Positions 19,372-29,381 of a DNA stretch of 64,000 bases are shown piece by piece. A program made the position numbers and the translations under genes. A model generated the notes under the pieces. The model was not told the origin of the DNA. It did not search any database and worked only from the letters and a program-made list of their open reading frames with translations. The stretch comes from an uncultured Gemmatimonas sp. (GTDB lineage: Bacteria > Gemmatimonadota > Gemmatimonadetes > Gemmatimonadales > Gemmatimonadaceae): NCBI GenBank assembly GCA_964524665.1, contig CAZGFE010000004.1, positions 255-64,254 on the forward strand, in the 5' to 3' direction. How positions within the stretch are numbered: the stretch's first letter is position 1; the number at the start of each line of letters is the position of its first letter.

Positions 19372-19408
19372 GAACGCGGCCCGGGAGCTTCGCTCCCGGG
19401 CCGCGTTC
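19372..19408 (+). terminator. Strong hairpin, probable intrinsic terminator of the kinase operon
   Basis: GAACGCGGCCCGGGAGC-ttc-GCTCCCGGGCCGCGTTC perfect 17-bp stem just after the stop; U-tract weak. Confidence 0.7.
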
Positions 19409-19453
19409 TCGTTCCGGCCTTCCGGCCGGGCCCCGTTGGTCGCATCTATAGGA

Positions 19454-20254
19454 ATGCGCATTCGGCTCGGCACGCAGGGCTGGAACTACACCGCGTGGGT
19501 GGGGCCACTCTACCCGCCCCGCACCCGCGCGGCCGACTTCCTCTCGACCTACGCGCGCGCCTTCGACACCGTCGAGGTGGATTCGACCTTCTACGCCGTG
19601 CCGCCGGTGAAGTCGGTCCGCGGGTGGGCCGAGCGTACGCCCGACGACTTCACGTTCGCGCTCAAGCTCCCGCAGGAGATCACGCACGAGCGACGCTTCG
19701 TCGATGCCGGCGATGTGGCCACGCGCTTCTTTGACGTGGCGCGGGAGTTGGGACCCAAGCTGGGACCGATCCTGATCCAATGCGGCCCGGACTTCGCCCC
19801 AGCCGAGCGCGACGTGCTCGAGGAGTTCCTGCACACGCTGCCCGAGGACCTCATCTTTGCGATCGAGTTCCGACAGAAGGCGTGGATCAACGAGCAGACG
19901 CTGGCGATGCTCACCGCGCGAAACGTCGCGCTGGCCCTGGTGGACGCGCGGTGGATCCCGCGCAAGCAGATGCTGCAGCTCGCGTCCCGCCCCACCGCCA
20001 AGCACGCCTACGTGCGGTGGATGGGGCCCGACCGCAGCATCACCGACTACTCGCACGTGCAGGTAGACCGATCGTCCGAGCGCGACGCGTGGCTCGAGGT
20101 GCTGCCCGCGCTGGCGGTGCAGGTCCCCGTCTACGGGTACGTGAACAACCATTTCAGCGGGCACAGTCCGGCGGATGTGCGGCTGCTGCAAAAGCAACTG
20201 GGCCAGAAACCCGTGGAGCCGACCCAGTTGGTGGAGCAGTTGGGGCTGTTCTAG
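19454..20254 (+). CDS. DUF72 (YecE-like) protein
   Basis: IRLGTQGWNY..W, FDTVEVDSTFY, FALKLPQEITH, KLGPILIQ, IEFR, YVNNHFSG. Confidence 0.9.
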   Translation: MRIRLGTQGWNYTAWVGPLYPPRTRAADFLSTYARAFDTVEVDSTFYAVPPVKSVRGWAERTPDDFTFALKLPQEITHERRFVDAGDVATRFFDVARELGPKLGPILIQCGPDFAPAERDVLEEFLHTLPEDLIFAIEFRQKAWINEQTLAMLTARNVALALVDARWIPRKQMLQLASRPTAKHAYVRWMGPDRSITDYSHVQVDRSSERDAWLEVLPALAVQVPVYGYVNNHFSGHSPADVRLLQKQLGQKPVEPTQLVEQLGLF

Positions 20255-20424
20255 CGATCACGCAATGCTCCTCTGGCGGCGGAGGGAGGCGGCGCTGAGC
20301 GCCGTCGCGTCCGGGGGCGAATGCCGCGCGGGGCGCGCGCCACCTGCGTCGCCTCCTTACACTTGAAGGAGAGCTCCCCGCGGGGAATGGCCCCCGCCGT
20401 GACCTCGGACACAAGCCCAGGCCC

Positions 20425-21132
20425 ATGCGCGCCCGAACCCTGTTCTCGCTCCTGATCCCGCTTGCCGCCGCCGGCGTGTTCCTCCGGCTCGGCGTCTGGC
20501 AGTATGGCAAGCATCGCGACCGCGTGGCAGTGAACGTGTCCCTCGCGGACCGATTGACACAGCCGGCCGCGCCATTTGCATCACTGCCGCGGGACACGCT
20601 CGAATCGCGCTGGCGGCGGGTCACGCTCACGGGCCGCTTCCGGTATGATCTGGAGCAGGTCCAGGCGGGACGCACCAGCCAAGGGTCGCCGGGAGTTCAT
20701 CTGCTCACGCCGCTCGAGCGTGAAGGCGCGGACACGCTGGTGATCGTCGCCCGGGGATGGGTCTATTCGCCGGACGCCGCCGGTGTCGAGCTCTCGCGGT
20801 GGCGAGAGGACGCGCAGGTCTCGCTCGAGGGATACGCGCTCCCACTGGCGCCCGAGGGCACGCCCCCGCCGGCTGGCCGGCCGTTCAGGACGCTGGACCA
20901 GCGGTCGCTCAGCGCGCGGACGGGACGCCCCGTGGCCGCGCTCATGGTCGTGATGACCTCCGACTCTTCCGCCCGCGCGGATTCTGTCCCCCGGCGGCTT
21001 CCGCCCCCGGTGCTGGATGCCGGCCCGTACGGGTCCTACGCCATCCAGTGGTTCGCCTTCGCCCTGATCGCGGTCGCGGGAGGCCTGCTGCTCTTCCGCC
21101 GTGGCATTGTCCAAGACCGGGCAGGACGGTAG
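20425..21132 (+). CDS. SURF1/Shy1 family protein
   Basis: N-terminal TM + LGVWQ, WRRVTLTGRF, LLTPL, V.RGWV, C-terminal YAIQWFAFA + TM. Confidence 0.85.
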   Translation: MRARTLFSLLIPLAAAGVFLRLGVWQYGKHRDRVAVNVSLADRLTQPAAPFASLPRDTLESRWRRVTLTGRFRYDLEQVQAGRTSQGSPGVHLLTPLEREGADTLVIVARGWVYSPDAAGVELSRWREDAQVSLEGYALPLAPEGTPPPAGRPFRTLDQRSLSARTGRPVAALMVVMTSDSSARADSVPRRLPPPVLDAGPYGSYAIQWFAFALIAVAGGLLLFRRGIVQDRAGR

Positions 21133-21199
21133 GTATAGAGTACGCAGCGGGGAGCTCTGCAACCCGCCCAGAGGTCACAACATATCGCCGGAGGCCACC

Positions 21200-23110
21200 A
21201 TGGCCGATCAACTCAACGACGTCGCCTCCGAACAGGAAGCGCGCGACGTCGCCGAAGACGCCCGCGAGACCGAGTGGGCCCACCCGAGCTTCGTCAAAGA
21301 GCTCTTCCTCGGTCGTTTCCGCTTCGACCTCGTGCATCCGCATCCCGTCGAGGACCCCGAATCCATCGCGGCCGCGCAGCCGTTCCTCTCCACGCTCAAA
21401 GAGTTCCTGGAGCGCTACGACGCGGACATGGTGGATCGCACGGGGGAGATCCCCGAGGCGTACGTGCAGGAGCTTCGCGAGATGGGCGCCTTCGGGATCA
21501 AGATTCCCAAGGAGTACGGCGGACTCGGACTCTCCCAGATGGCCTACGTGAAGGCCATGGAGCTCGTCACCTCCAAGTGCGGCTCGCTGTGCGCGCTGCT
21601 GTCGGCGTCCCAGTCGATCGGTGTGCCGCAGCCGCTCAAGCTCTTTGGCACGGAGGAACAGAAGCAGAAGTTCTTCCCGCGGATCGCCAAGGGCGGGATC
21701 ACGGCCTTCGCCCTGACCGAAGTGAATGCGGGCTCCGATCCGGCCAACATGACCACCTCCGCGACGCCGAGTGAGGACGGCACGCACTGGGTGATCAATG
21801 GCGAGAAGCTCTGGTGCACCAACGGGACGCGCGCCGACCTGTTCGTGGTGATGGCCCGCACTCCTGATCGCATGGTGAAGGGGAAGCTGCGCAAGAAGCA
21901 GATCACCGCGTTCATCGTGGACGCCAAGACGCCGGGCATCAGCATCAAGCACCGCTGCCGCTTCATGGGGCTCAAGGCCATCGAGAACGGCTGGGTCTCG
22001 TTCGCGAACGTGAAGGTCCCGTCGGAGAACATCCTCTGGGGCGAGGGTCGCGGGCTCAAGCTCGCGCTCATCACGCTGAACACGGGGCGTCTGACGATCC
22101 CCGCATCGGTCGCGGGCGCCACCAAGGGTCTCGTGCGCGGCGTGCGGCAGTGGGCGGCCGAACGGGTGCAGTGGGGCCAGCCGATCGCCAAGCACGACGC
22201 GATCGCGCAGAAGGTCGCGCGCCTCACCGCCAACGCCTTTGCGATGGAATCCGTGGCATACCTCTCGACCGCGCTCTATGAGCGCGGCGGCACGGACATT
22301 CGTCTCGAGGCCGCGATCGCCAAGATGTTCAACACCGAGCTCGCGTGGCGCAGCGTGGACGACGCGCTGCAGATCCGCGGGGGACGTGGCTACGAAACGG
22401 CCGACTCCCTCCGCGCACGCGGCGAGACGCCGTTCCCGGTGGAGCGCGCCATGCGTGACAGCCGGATCAACTTGATCTTCGAAGGCTCCAGCGAGATCAT
22501 GCGGCTCTTCATCGCCCGCGAGGCGGTGGATGAGCACTTCTCGATCGCGTTCCCGATCGTCGCGCCCGAAAGTTCGTTCGGCACGCGGGTGAAGGCGGCG
22601 ATCAAGGCCGCGCCCTTCTATCTCACGTGGTATCCGGCGCGCTGGATCCCGTCGTTCCGCCGGTACGGTGAGTTCGGCAAGCTGGCGCGGCACCTCCGCT
22701 ACGCCGCGCGCGCCACCGAGCGCCTGGGGCGCGCGTTGTTCCACGCGATGGTGCGCTTTGGTCCCAAGCTCGAGAAGCGGCAGATGGTGCTCTTCCGCGC
22801 CGTGGACATCGGCGCGGAGCTCTACGCCATGAGCGCCGTGATCGCGCGCGCGCAGATGCTCGCGAAGCAGGGCAACAAAGGCGCGAGGGACCTTGCGGAC
22901 GTCTTCTGTCGCGAGTCCCGCGACCGGATCGAGGCGAGCTTCCGGGCGCTGTACGGCGCGCACGACACGGCGCTGTACAAGCTGGCGCAGTCGGTCGTGA
23001 AGGGAGACCACGCGTGGCTCGAACGCGGGATCGTCGACGATGCGGATCTGTCCGCGCGCACCGAACCCGTTTCGCCTGCCTCGCCCGCTCGTGAGGTCGC
23101 TGCCGTCTAG
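21200..23110 (+). CDS. Acyl-CoA dehydrogenase (long, VLCAD/ACAD9-like C-terminal extension)
   Basis: FALTEVNAGSD, NGEKLWCTNG, LNTGR, QIRGGRGY, RDSRINLIFEGSSEI; GGAGG RBS before ATG 21200. Confidence 0.92.
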   Translation: MADQLNDVASEQEARDVAEDARETEWAHPSFVKELFLGRFRFDLVHPHPVEDPESIAAAQPFLSTLKEFLERYDADMVDRTGEIPEAYVQELREMGAFGIKIPKEYGGLGLSQMAYVKAMELVTSKCGSLCALLSASQSIGVPQPLKLFGTEEQKQKFFPRIAKGGITAFALTEVNAGSDPANMTTSATPSEDGTHWVINGEKLWCTNGTRADLFVVMARTPDRMVKGKLRKKQITAFIVDAKTPGISIKHRCRFMGLKAIENGWVSFANVKVPSENILWGEGRGLKLALITLNTGRLTIPASVAGATKGLVRGVRQWAAERVQWGQPIAKHDAIAQKVARLTANAFAMESVAYLSTALYERGGTDIRLEAAIAKMFNTELAWRSVDDALQIRGGRGYETADSLRARGETPFPVERAMRDSRINLIFEGSSEIMRLFIAREAVDEHFSIAFPIVAPESSFGTRVKAAIKAAPFYLTWYPARWIPSFRRYGEFGKLARHLRYAARATERLGRALFHAMVRFGPKLEKRQMVLFRAVDIGAELYAMSAVIARAQMLAKQGNKGARDLADVFCRESRDRIEASFRALYGAHDTALYKLAQSVVKGDHAWLERGIVDDADLSARTEPVSPASPAREVAAV

Positions 23111-23133
23111 ATCTTTTCTGCGACTCGAGTGCG

Positions 23134-24039
23134 CTACGCCACGCGATCCCGTTTGAACTGGAGCACCACGACCGCCGAGACGATCAGTGCGCCACCGATC
23201 AGGGTCGGCGCCGTGAGCGGCTGCGACAGCACGATCACACCGAGGATCGCCGTGAGGAACGGCTCGACCGTCGATACGATCGCCGTGCGCACCGGCCCCA
23301 ACCGAATGAGGCCCATCAGGAAGAACACGCTCGGCAGCACCGTGCTGAAGATCGTCAGCGCGAGAATGATGCCCCAGACCGACGGCTCGATCTGATAGGT
23401 GAAGGTCCGGTCGCTCGCGCTGAGGATCAGGAAGGCCAGCGCGGCGCCGATCTTCGAGTAGGCGCTCGTCGGCGCCACGGGGTGGTCCTTCTGGATCACG
23501 CGCATGATCGGGATGTAGGCGCCGTACACCATCGCGGCGGAGATCGCGAGGGCGACGCCGCGCCAGTCGATCCCGTCCGTTCCGGGCATGCCGACCATCA
23601 CGCCGATCCCGGTAAAGGAGAGCGCCAGCGCGAGGCCGCGCCGGACGTCGAGTCGCTCGGCGCCGCGCACCGCCTGGACGAGCGCCACCCAGGCCGGATA
23701 CGAGTAGAAGAGAAAGGCGAGCGTCGCCGCCGGGATGAACTGCAGCGAGGAGAGGGCGAGAAAGACGAGCAGCGCCTGACCGAACCCGCCGATCGTCACG
23801 AAGCGCAGCATCTCGCGCGGAGGGATCCGCGCGTAATCGTGCGTGCCGACCCACACCGTGAGCACCACCGCCGCGAGGACGTAGCGCCACGCCAAGAGCG
23901 TGGAGAGCGAGAGGCCCGCCGCCGTGGCGAGCGAGGTGAGGATCGCGACGGCCGCGAATCCGGTGGCCGCGAGCAGCGTGTACACTGTCCCCGACGCCTG
24001 CCCGGTGCCTTCGATATGTGAATGTCTGGAGATCGTCAT
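23134..24039 (-). CDS. EamA/DMT family transporter
   Basis: About 10 TM helices; 'LAWRY', 'LFYSYPAWV', 'LGPVRTAIVSTVEP'. Confidence 0.88.
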   Translation of the reverse strand: MTISRHSHIEGTGQASGTVYTLLAATGFAAVAILTSLATAAGLSLSTLLAWRYVLAAVVLTVWVGTHDYARIPPREMLRFVTIGGFGQALLVFLALSSLQFIPAATLAFLFYSYPAWVALVQAVRGAERLDVRRGLALALSFTGIGVMVGMPGTDGIDWRGVALAISAAMVYGAYIPIMRVIQKDHPVAPTSAYSKIGAALAFLILSASDRTFTYQIEPSVWGIILALTIFSTVLPSVFFLMGLIRLGPVRTAIVSTVEPFLTAILGVIVLSQPLTAPTLIGGALIVSAVVVLQFKRDRVA

Positions 24040-24061
24040 TGATCCAATAAGATGGCGGTGG

Positions 24062-24955
24062 TCACGTCGGCGCGGGGACCTGCACGGCCGGGTTCGAGCG
24101 ACGCTGCAGCACGAGGATCGCTCCGACGATGCACGCGCCGCCCGCGACGGTGGACGGACCGAGCGGCTGCGCGAGGATCAGCGCGGCGAGCACCGCAGTG
24201 AAGAATGGTTCGGCTGTCGAGAGGATCGCCGAGCGCACCGGCCCCAGCACGGCCAGTCCCTTGAGAAAGGTGATGAACGCCACGACGGTGCAGTAGCCCG
24301 CGAGGACGAATGCGATCAGCCAACCCGGCGGGGTCATGTTCGCCACGAGCGCGCGCTCGGACAGCGCGAGGAGCAGGAACGCGAGGGCCGCACCGGTGAT
24401 GATCCACGCCGACGCCGCAGAGGCATCGAGGGGTCCCCGCAGCCGCTGCAAGAGCGGGATGTACAGTGCGTAGATCACCGCGGCGCTGAGTGCTCGGAGC
24501 ACCCCGGGGAGAGGGAACGCGAGCGCCCACGGGGCGCCGACCATCAGCGTGATCCCCAGCAGCGCGAGCGCGATGGCCCCGAGGCGCGGCGGCGTGAGCC
24601 GTTCACTGCCCGAGACGGCCGCGAAGACGGCGACCCACGCGGGATAGGTATAGAAGAGGAACCCCAGCGACGCGGCCGGCATCCACTCGAGAGCCGAGAG
24701 CGCGAGCCACGTGACGAGCGTCTGGCCGCCGCCGCCCAGGAGGACGAGCGCCAGCGCGCGGTCGGGCGGCGTGCGCAGGACGCTGCGCGGCCCTGCCGCA
24801 ACCACGAGCAGCGGCGCGGCGAGGAGGTAGCGCCAGGCCATCAGCGTCGCGAGCCCGATCCCCAGGCGCGCCGCGAGCGTGGTGCCGATCGAGAGCGCCC
24901 CATAGGCACTCGCCGCGACGACGATGTACGCGGCCGCGCGGCGTTCGGTGATCAG
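24062..24955 (-). CDS. EamA/DMT family transporter (paralog); start probably non-canonical CTG at 24955
   Basis: Same motifs (MAWRY, LFYTYPAWV, LGPVRSAILSTAEP); first TM helix (AAYIVVAASAYGALSI) lies upstream of the first ATG at 24841. Confidence 0.8.
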   Translation of the reverse strand: MITERRAAAYIVVAASAYGALSIGTTLAARLGIGLATLMAWRYLLAAPLLVVAAGPRSVLRTPPDRALALVLLGGGGQTLVTWLALSALEWMPAASLGFLFYTYPAWVAVFAAVSGSERLTPPRLGAIALALLGITLMVGAPWALAFPLPGVLRALSAAVIYALYIPLLQRLRGPLDASAASAWIITGAALAFLLLALSERALVANMTPPGWLIAFVLAGYCTVVAFITFLKGLAVLGPVRSAILSTAEPFFTAVLAALILAQPLGPSTVAGGACIVGAILVLQRRSNPAVQVPAPT

Positions 24956-26367
24956 AGCAGCGTCCCGCGGAGCAACAGGATCGCGATCGAGAAGTAGAGC
25001 ACCACCCCCGTCACGTCCACGAGGGTGGCGACCAGCGGAGCCGAGGCGCTGGCGGAGTCGAAGCCCGCGCGCCGAAGGAGGAAGGGCAGCATCGCGCCGG
25101 TGAGCGTTCCGAAGAGCACCACGCCCACGACGGTGGCCCCGATGGTCGTGGCGAGCAGGACGTAGTGCTCACCGAACGGGTACAGCCCAAGCCACTCCCA
25201 CACCAGGATCCGGGCGACGCCAACCAGCGCGAGCAGCAGGCCGAGGATCACGCCCGCGCCCGCCTCGCGGATCATCACCCGGCCCCAGTCCTTGGGCCCG
25301 AGTTCCTGCAGCGCCATCGCGCGAATGATCAACGAGGTCGCCTGCGAGCCGGAGTTGCCGCCGGAGGAGATGATCAGCGGCACGAAGAGCGCGAGGACCG
25401 TGGCGGCGTCGATCGCGCCCTGAAAGTACCCCATGGCTGCGGCGGTGAACATCTGACCGACGAAGAGCACGAGCAGCCAAGGCACGCGCTTCTTGAGCAG
25501 ATCGACGAATCCGATCTGCAGGTATGGTTCCTCGAGCGCCGCGAGACCACCGAACTTCTGGACGTCCTCGGTCTGCTCCTCCTGGATCACGTCGATGACG
25601 TCGTCCACCGTGACGACGCCGATGAGGCGGTTGTCGTCGTCCACGACGGGCACGGCGACGAGGTCGTAGTTAGAGGTGAGCTGGGCCACCGTTTCCCGGT
25701 CGGCAAGCGCCTCGACGGTGACGATCTCCGACCACGCGAGATCCGCGACGCGTGCGCCCTCGGGCGCGGCGAGCAGCTCGCGCAGCGAGAGCACGCCGAC
25801 CAATGATCCCCGCTCGTCCAGCGCGTACACCGTGTTCATCGCCTCGCGGCGGCCGGCGCGCGCCATCGCGCGCACGGCGGCGAGGGCCTCCTCGACCGTG
25901 TCCGCGATCGGCACCGAGACGAACTCGGTGGTCATCAGGCCGCCGGCGGTGTCCGGTTCGAACTGGAGGAGGCGCTCGGTCTCCTCACGCTCCTTGGTCG
26001 GGATCGCCTCGAGGATCTCGTCGGCGGTCTCCTCGTCCATCTCCTCGAGCGCGTCGGCGCGCTCGTCGGGCGTCATCCGCGTCAGCAGCGTCGCGGCCTG
26101 CTCCGGGTCCATCGCCTCGAACAGCTCGGCGCGGAGCTCCTCGTCGAGATACTCAACCACCGCGGCGGCGCGCGCGTTCGGCAGGGCCGCGAGGAACGCC
26201 GGGACGAGGTCACGCGGCAGGATCTCCGCCACATCCGCGAGATCGGCCGGGTGCAGTTCGTCCGTCTCGGCGGCGATGGACCCCGGCGCCGACTCGAGCA
26301 GGTCGATGATGTCCGGAGCCACGAGCGCCGCGACGGACCTCTCTGTATCGGGCGCTTCTGGGATCAC
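24952..26367 (-). CDS. mgtE: Magnesium transporter MgtE
   Basis: LHPADLA, TAGGLMT, CBS pair, GVVTVDDV, PLIISSGGNSGSQ, SAPLVATLVDVTG. Confidence 0.95.
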   Translation of the reverse strand: MIPEAPDTERSVAALVAPDIIDLLESAPGSIAAETDELHPADLADVAEILPRDLVPAFLAALPNARAAAVVEYLDEELRAELFEAMDPEQAATLLTRMTPDERADALEEMDEETADEILEAIPTKEREETERLLQFEPDTAGGLMTTEFVSVPIADTVEEALAAVRAMARAGRREAMNTVYALDERGSLVGVLSLRELLAAPEGARVADLAWSEIVTVEALADRETVAQLTSNYDLVAVPVVDDDNRLIGVVTVDDVIDVIQEEQTEDVQKFGGLAALEEPYLQIGFVDLLKKRVPWLLVLFVGQMFTAAAMGYFQGAIDAATVLALFVPLIISSGGNSGSQATSLIIRAMALQELGPKDWGRVMIREAGAGVILGLLLALVGVARILVWEWLGLYPFGEHYVLLATTIGATVVGVVLFGTLTGAMLPFLLRRAGFDSASASAPLVATLVDVTGVVLYFSIAILLLRGTLL

Positions 26368-26595
26368 CGGAGACCTCCCTGGGACTGCGTTCGCGCGCGC
26401 GTTCTATGACGGCGACGCGGCCGACGGGACCCAGCGAAGGTAACGGTCGGCCCCCGGGACGGAAACCCGTCCAGCGGCCAAAGCAACGATTCGGGGAGTC
26501 GGGTTGTCGAATCCCCTGAGTCGGTGGCCGCGTAGTGCGGCCCACAGACCAACCGCGTCCGATCCCCCACCGGGACTCTCACCCGGATTCTGACC

Positions 26596-29124
26596 GTGTT
26601 CCTACCTCTTGTTCTGGCCCTGCAGACCTCGCTGTCGGCGGGCACCGCCACCCCGCTGGGCATCGGGACCGCGACTCCGTCCAATCCGCCCGTTCCGCCT
26701 CCGACCGCCACGAGCGCCACCGCGGCCCGCGCGGATCAGCCGCCCGTGCTCGACGGCAAGGACGACGACGAGATCTGGCGTCTCGCGCCGGCCATCACGC
26801 AGTTCCGGCAGCACGATCCCGTCGAGGACGGTGAGCCGCGATTCCGCACGGAAGCCCGCGTGGGCTACGACGCGCGCTACCTCTACGTGTTCGTTCGCGC
26901 CTACGACCCGGCGCCGGACTCGATCCGGGGGTTCCTCTCGCGCCGCGACCAGCACACGCCGTCAGACTTCATCCACCTGATGGTGGATGCCTACAATGAC
27001 AAGCGCACCGGGGTGCGCCTCACGGTCAACCCCATGGGCGTGAAGCGCGACTTCTCGATCTCCAACGACATGCACGAGGACGCGTCCTGGGATGGCGTCT
27101 GGGACGTGGTCACCGCCGTCGACGCGCAGGGGTGGACTGCCGAATACCGCGTGCCGTTCAGCCAGCTCCGATTCCCCGGCGGCGAGGACCATACGTTCGG
27201 CTTCGCGGTGTGGCGCGATATCGCGCGGCACAACGAACGCATCTCGTGGCCCGGATTCCGGCGCTCGCGCACCGGACTCGTGTCTCAGTGGGGCGAGGTC
27301 GAGGGCTTCAATGGCATCACCGCGCCGCGCCGGCTCGAGGTCGTCCCCTACTCGGTCGCGACCAATGCACCGCGCCCGACGAGCACCGGCTTCGACCGCC
27401 AGCAGGAGTTCACCTTTGGCGGCGATCTCAAGTACGGCATCACCTCCAACATCACCCTCGACGCCACGGTGAATCCCGACTTCGGCCAGGTCGAGGCGGA
27501 TCCGGCCGTGCTCAACCTCTCGGCGTTCGAGCAGTTCTTCGAGGAACGTCGGCCGTTCTTCCTCGAAGGCGCGGGGATCTTCTCGTTCGCGAACAACCTC
27601 TTCTACTCGCGCCGCGTCGGTCGCGCGCCGCAGCTGAGCGGCACGTACTACGACCAGGACAACGCGCAGAACAGCACGATCCTCGGCGCGGCCAAGGTCA
27701 CCGGCCGCACGGCCGGGGGGATGAACGTCGGATTCCTCAACGCCGTCACGCAGCGGGAGCGCGGGGCCGGCGGGGCGACGATCGAGCCGATGACCAACTA
27801 CATGGTCGCGCGGCTGCAGCAGGATCTGCGCGGCGGGAACTCGGGCGTGGGGCTCATGCTCACCTCGACCAACCGTGCGCTGGATGGCGACTCGCGGGAC
27901 TATCTGCGCGAGAATGCCTACGCGGTCGGCCTCGACGCGCGGCACCGGTTCTGGAACAACAACTACCAGGTCAGCGGCTCCATTGTGGGGAGCCGCGTCG
28001 AGGGCAGCCCCGAGGCGATGATCCGGACGCAGCGGAGCAGCGTGCACCAGTTCCAGCGCCCGGACTCGCGGCTCCGCATCGACAGCAGCGCGACCTCGCT
28101 GTCCGGGACTCGGATCAACCTGGGGGTGGGCAAGAGCGGCGGCGGCATCACGCGCTTCAACTTCGGCGCCACGCGCACCAGTGCGGGTTACGAGACCAAC
28201 GATGCCGGATTCCTGTCGCGGGCGGACATCCTGCAGAACGGCAACTGGGTCGGGCTCCAGTGGCAGCAGCCGACCGCGTACTTCCGGCAGATGTACGTGA
28301 ATTTCAACCAGTGGAACGACTGGAATACCGAGGGGACCCACCTGAACTCAGGTGCCAACGTGAACATCAACGGCCAGTTCAAGAACCAGTGGTGGTTCTG
28401 GACCGGCTGGAACGTGAACGGATTCGGCGCCAGCTTCGACGATCGCGCGGCGCGCGGCGGGCCGGTGGTGCGCCGCAACGTCCGCCAGAACGGCTGGCTG
28501 GGTTTCGAGACGGACAACCGCAACGCGATCGTCGCCGTGCTGCAGGGGTACTTCGTTCTGCCCGATGAAGGTGGAACGACCGAGTTCGGCGTGGACCCCG
28601 AGATGCGCTTCCGCATCGCCAGCAACGTGCGCGGCAGCATCGGCGTCGGCATCAACAAGGGCACGTTCGACGCCCAGTGGTACGGCAACGTCGCCGATGG
28701 CCTCGGCGGCACCGACTACACGTTTGCGCGGCTTGAGCAGACCACGACGTCCGTGACCACACGCGTGGACTACACGATGACGCCGACGCTCTCGCTCCAG
28801 GTCTATGCGCAGCCCTTCGTGACCGCTGGCAAGTACTCGGATCTCCGGGAGCTCGTGGATGGTCGCGCGCTGCGGCACGACGATCGCTACGCGCCGTACG
28901 CCGGGACACTCCAGGACTTCAACTTCAAGCAGTTCCGCTCCAACACCGTGCTGCGGTGGGAGTACCGGCCCGGGTCCGTGCTCTTCCTCGTCTGGCAGCA
29001 GGGGCGGGGTCAGGGGGACCGGAATCTGGGTTCGTTCGACCTGGGTCGCGACCTGGGAGACCTCTTCAAGACGCGCTCTGATAACACGTTCCTGATCAAG
29101 GGCTCCTACTGGTTCTCGCTCTGA
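26596..29124 (+). CDS. DUF5916-family outer membrane protein with N-terminal CBM9-like domain
   Basis: PVLDG.DD..W, WDGVW, GWTAEYRVPFSQLRF, TVNPDFGQVEAD, FEERRPFFLEG, LFYSRRVG; beta-strand C-terminus KGSYWFSL. Confidence 0.85.
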   Translation: MFLPLVLALQTSLSAGTATPLGIGTATPSNPPVPPPTATSATAARADQPPVLDGKDDDEIWRLAPAITQFRQHDPVEDGEPRFRTEARVGYDARYLYVFVRAYDPAPDSIRGFLSRRDQHTPSDFIHLMVDAYNDKRTGVRLTVNPMGVKRDFSISNDMHEDASWDGVWDVVTAVDAQGWTAEYRVPFSQLRFPGGEDHTFGFAVWRDIARHNERISWPGFRRSRTGLVSQWGEVEGFNGITAPRRLEVVPYSVATNAPRPTSTGFDRQQEFTFGGDLKYGITSNITLDATVNPDFGQVEADPAVLNLSAFEQFFEERRPFFLEGAGIFSFANNLFYSRRVGRAPQLSGTYYDQDNAQNSTILGAAKVTGRTAGGMNVGFLNAVTQRERGAGGATIEPMTNYMVARLQQDLRGGNSGVGLMLTSTNRALDGDSRDYLRENAYAVGLDARHRFWNNNYQVSGSIVGSRVEGSPEAMIRTQRSSVHQFQRPDSRLRIDSSATSLSGTRINLGVGKSGGGITRFNFGATRTSAGYETNDAGFLSRADILQNGNWVGLQWQQPTAYFRQMYVNFNQWNDWNTEGTHLNSGANVNINGQFKNQWWFWTGWNVNGFGASFDDRAARGGPVVRRNVRQNGWLGFETDNRNAIVAVLQGYFVLPDEGGTTEFGVDPEMRFRIASNVRGSIGVGINKGTFDAQWYGNVADGLGGTDYTFARLEQTTTSVTTRVDYTMTPTLSLQVYAQPFVTAGKYSDLRELVDGRALRHDDRYAPYAGTLQDFNFKQFRSNTVLRWEYRPGSVLFLVWQQGRGQGDRNLGSFDLGRDLGDLFKTRSDNTFLIKGSYWFSL

Positions 29125-29381
29125 TCGCCGGGGCCAATGCTGCCCGGACCGAAGGGGCCGGGACGGCTGAAACCGAGTAAACCCTTCCGCCGTACGCAGT
29201 GTCTGAAGGGATGTACGATCGATCTTGAGCGACAGTGGGGTGCGGGTCGGTGCTGGTGGGGGGCCGGCCGGCCCCCTGTCCGCTCAAATCGAAAAAACCG
29301 ACGGACCGTAAGGCACGAAGCGCCGGGCGATGAGGTGAAGGGCATCGCACGGCGCTTCGCACGTCTGGCCCCCAACGGGGC

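Noticed and set aside
26368..26595. M-box riboswitch upstream of mgtE
   Set aside because: No recognisable conserved M-box sequence or terminator; needs an Rfam scan to exclude fully.
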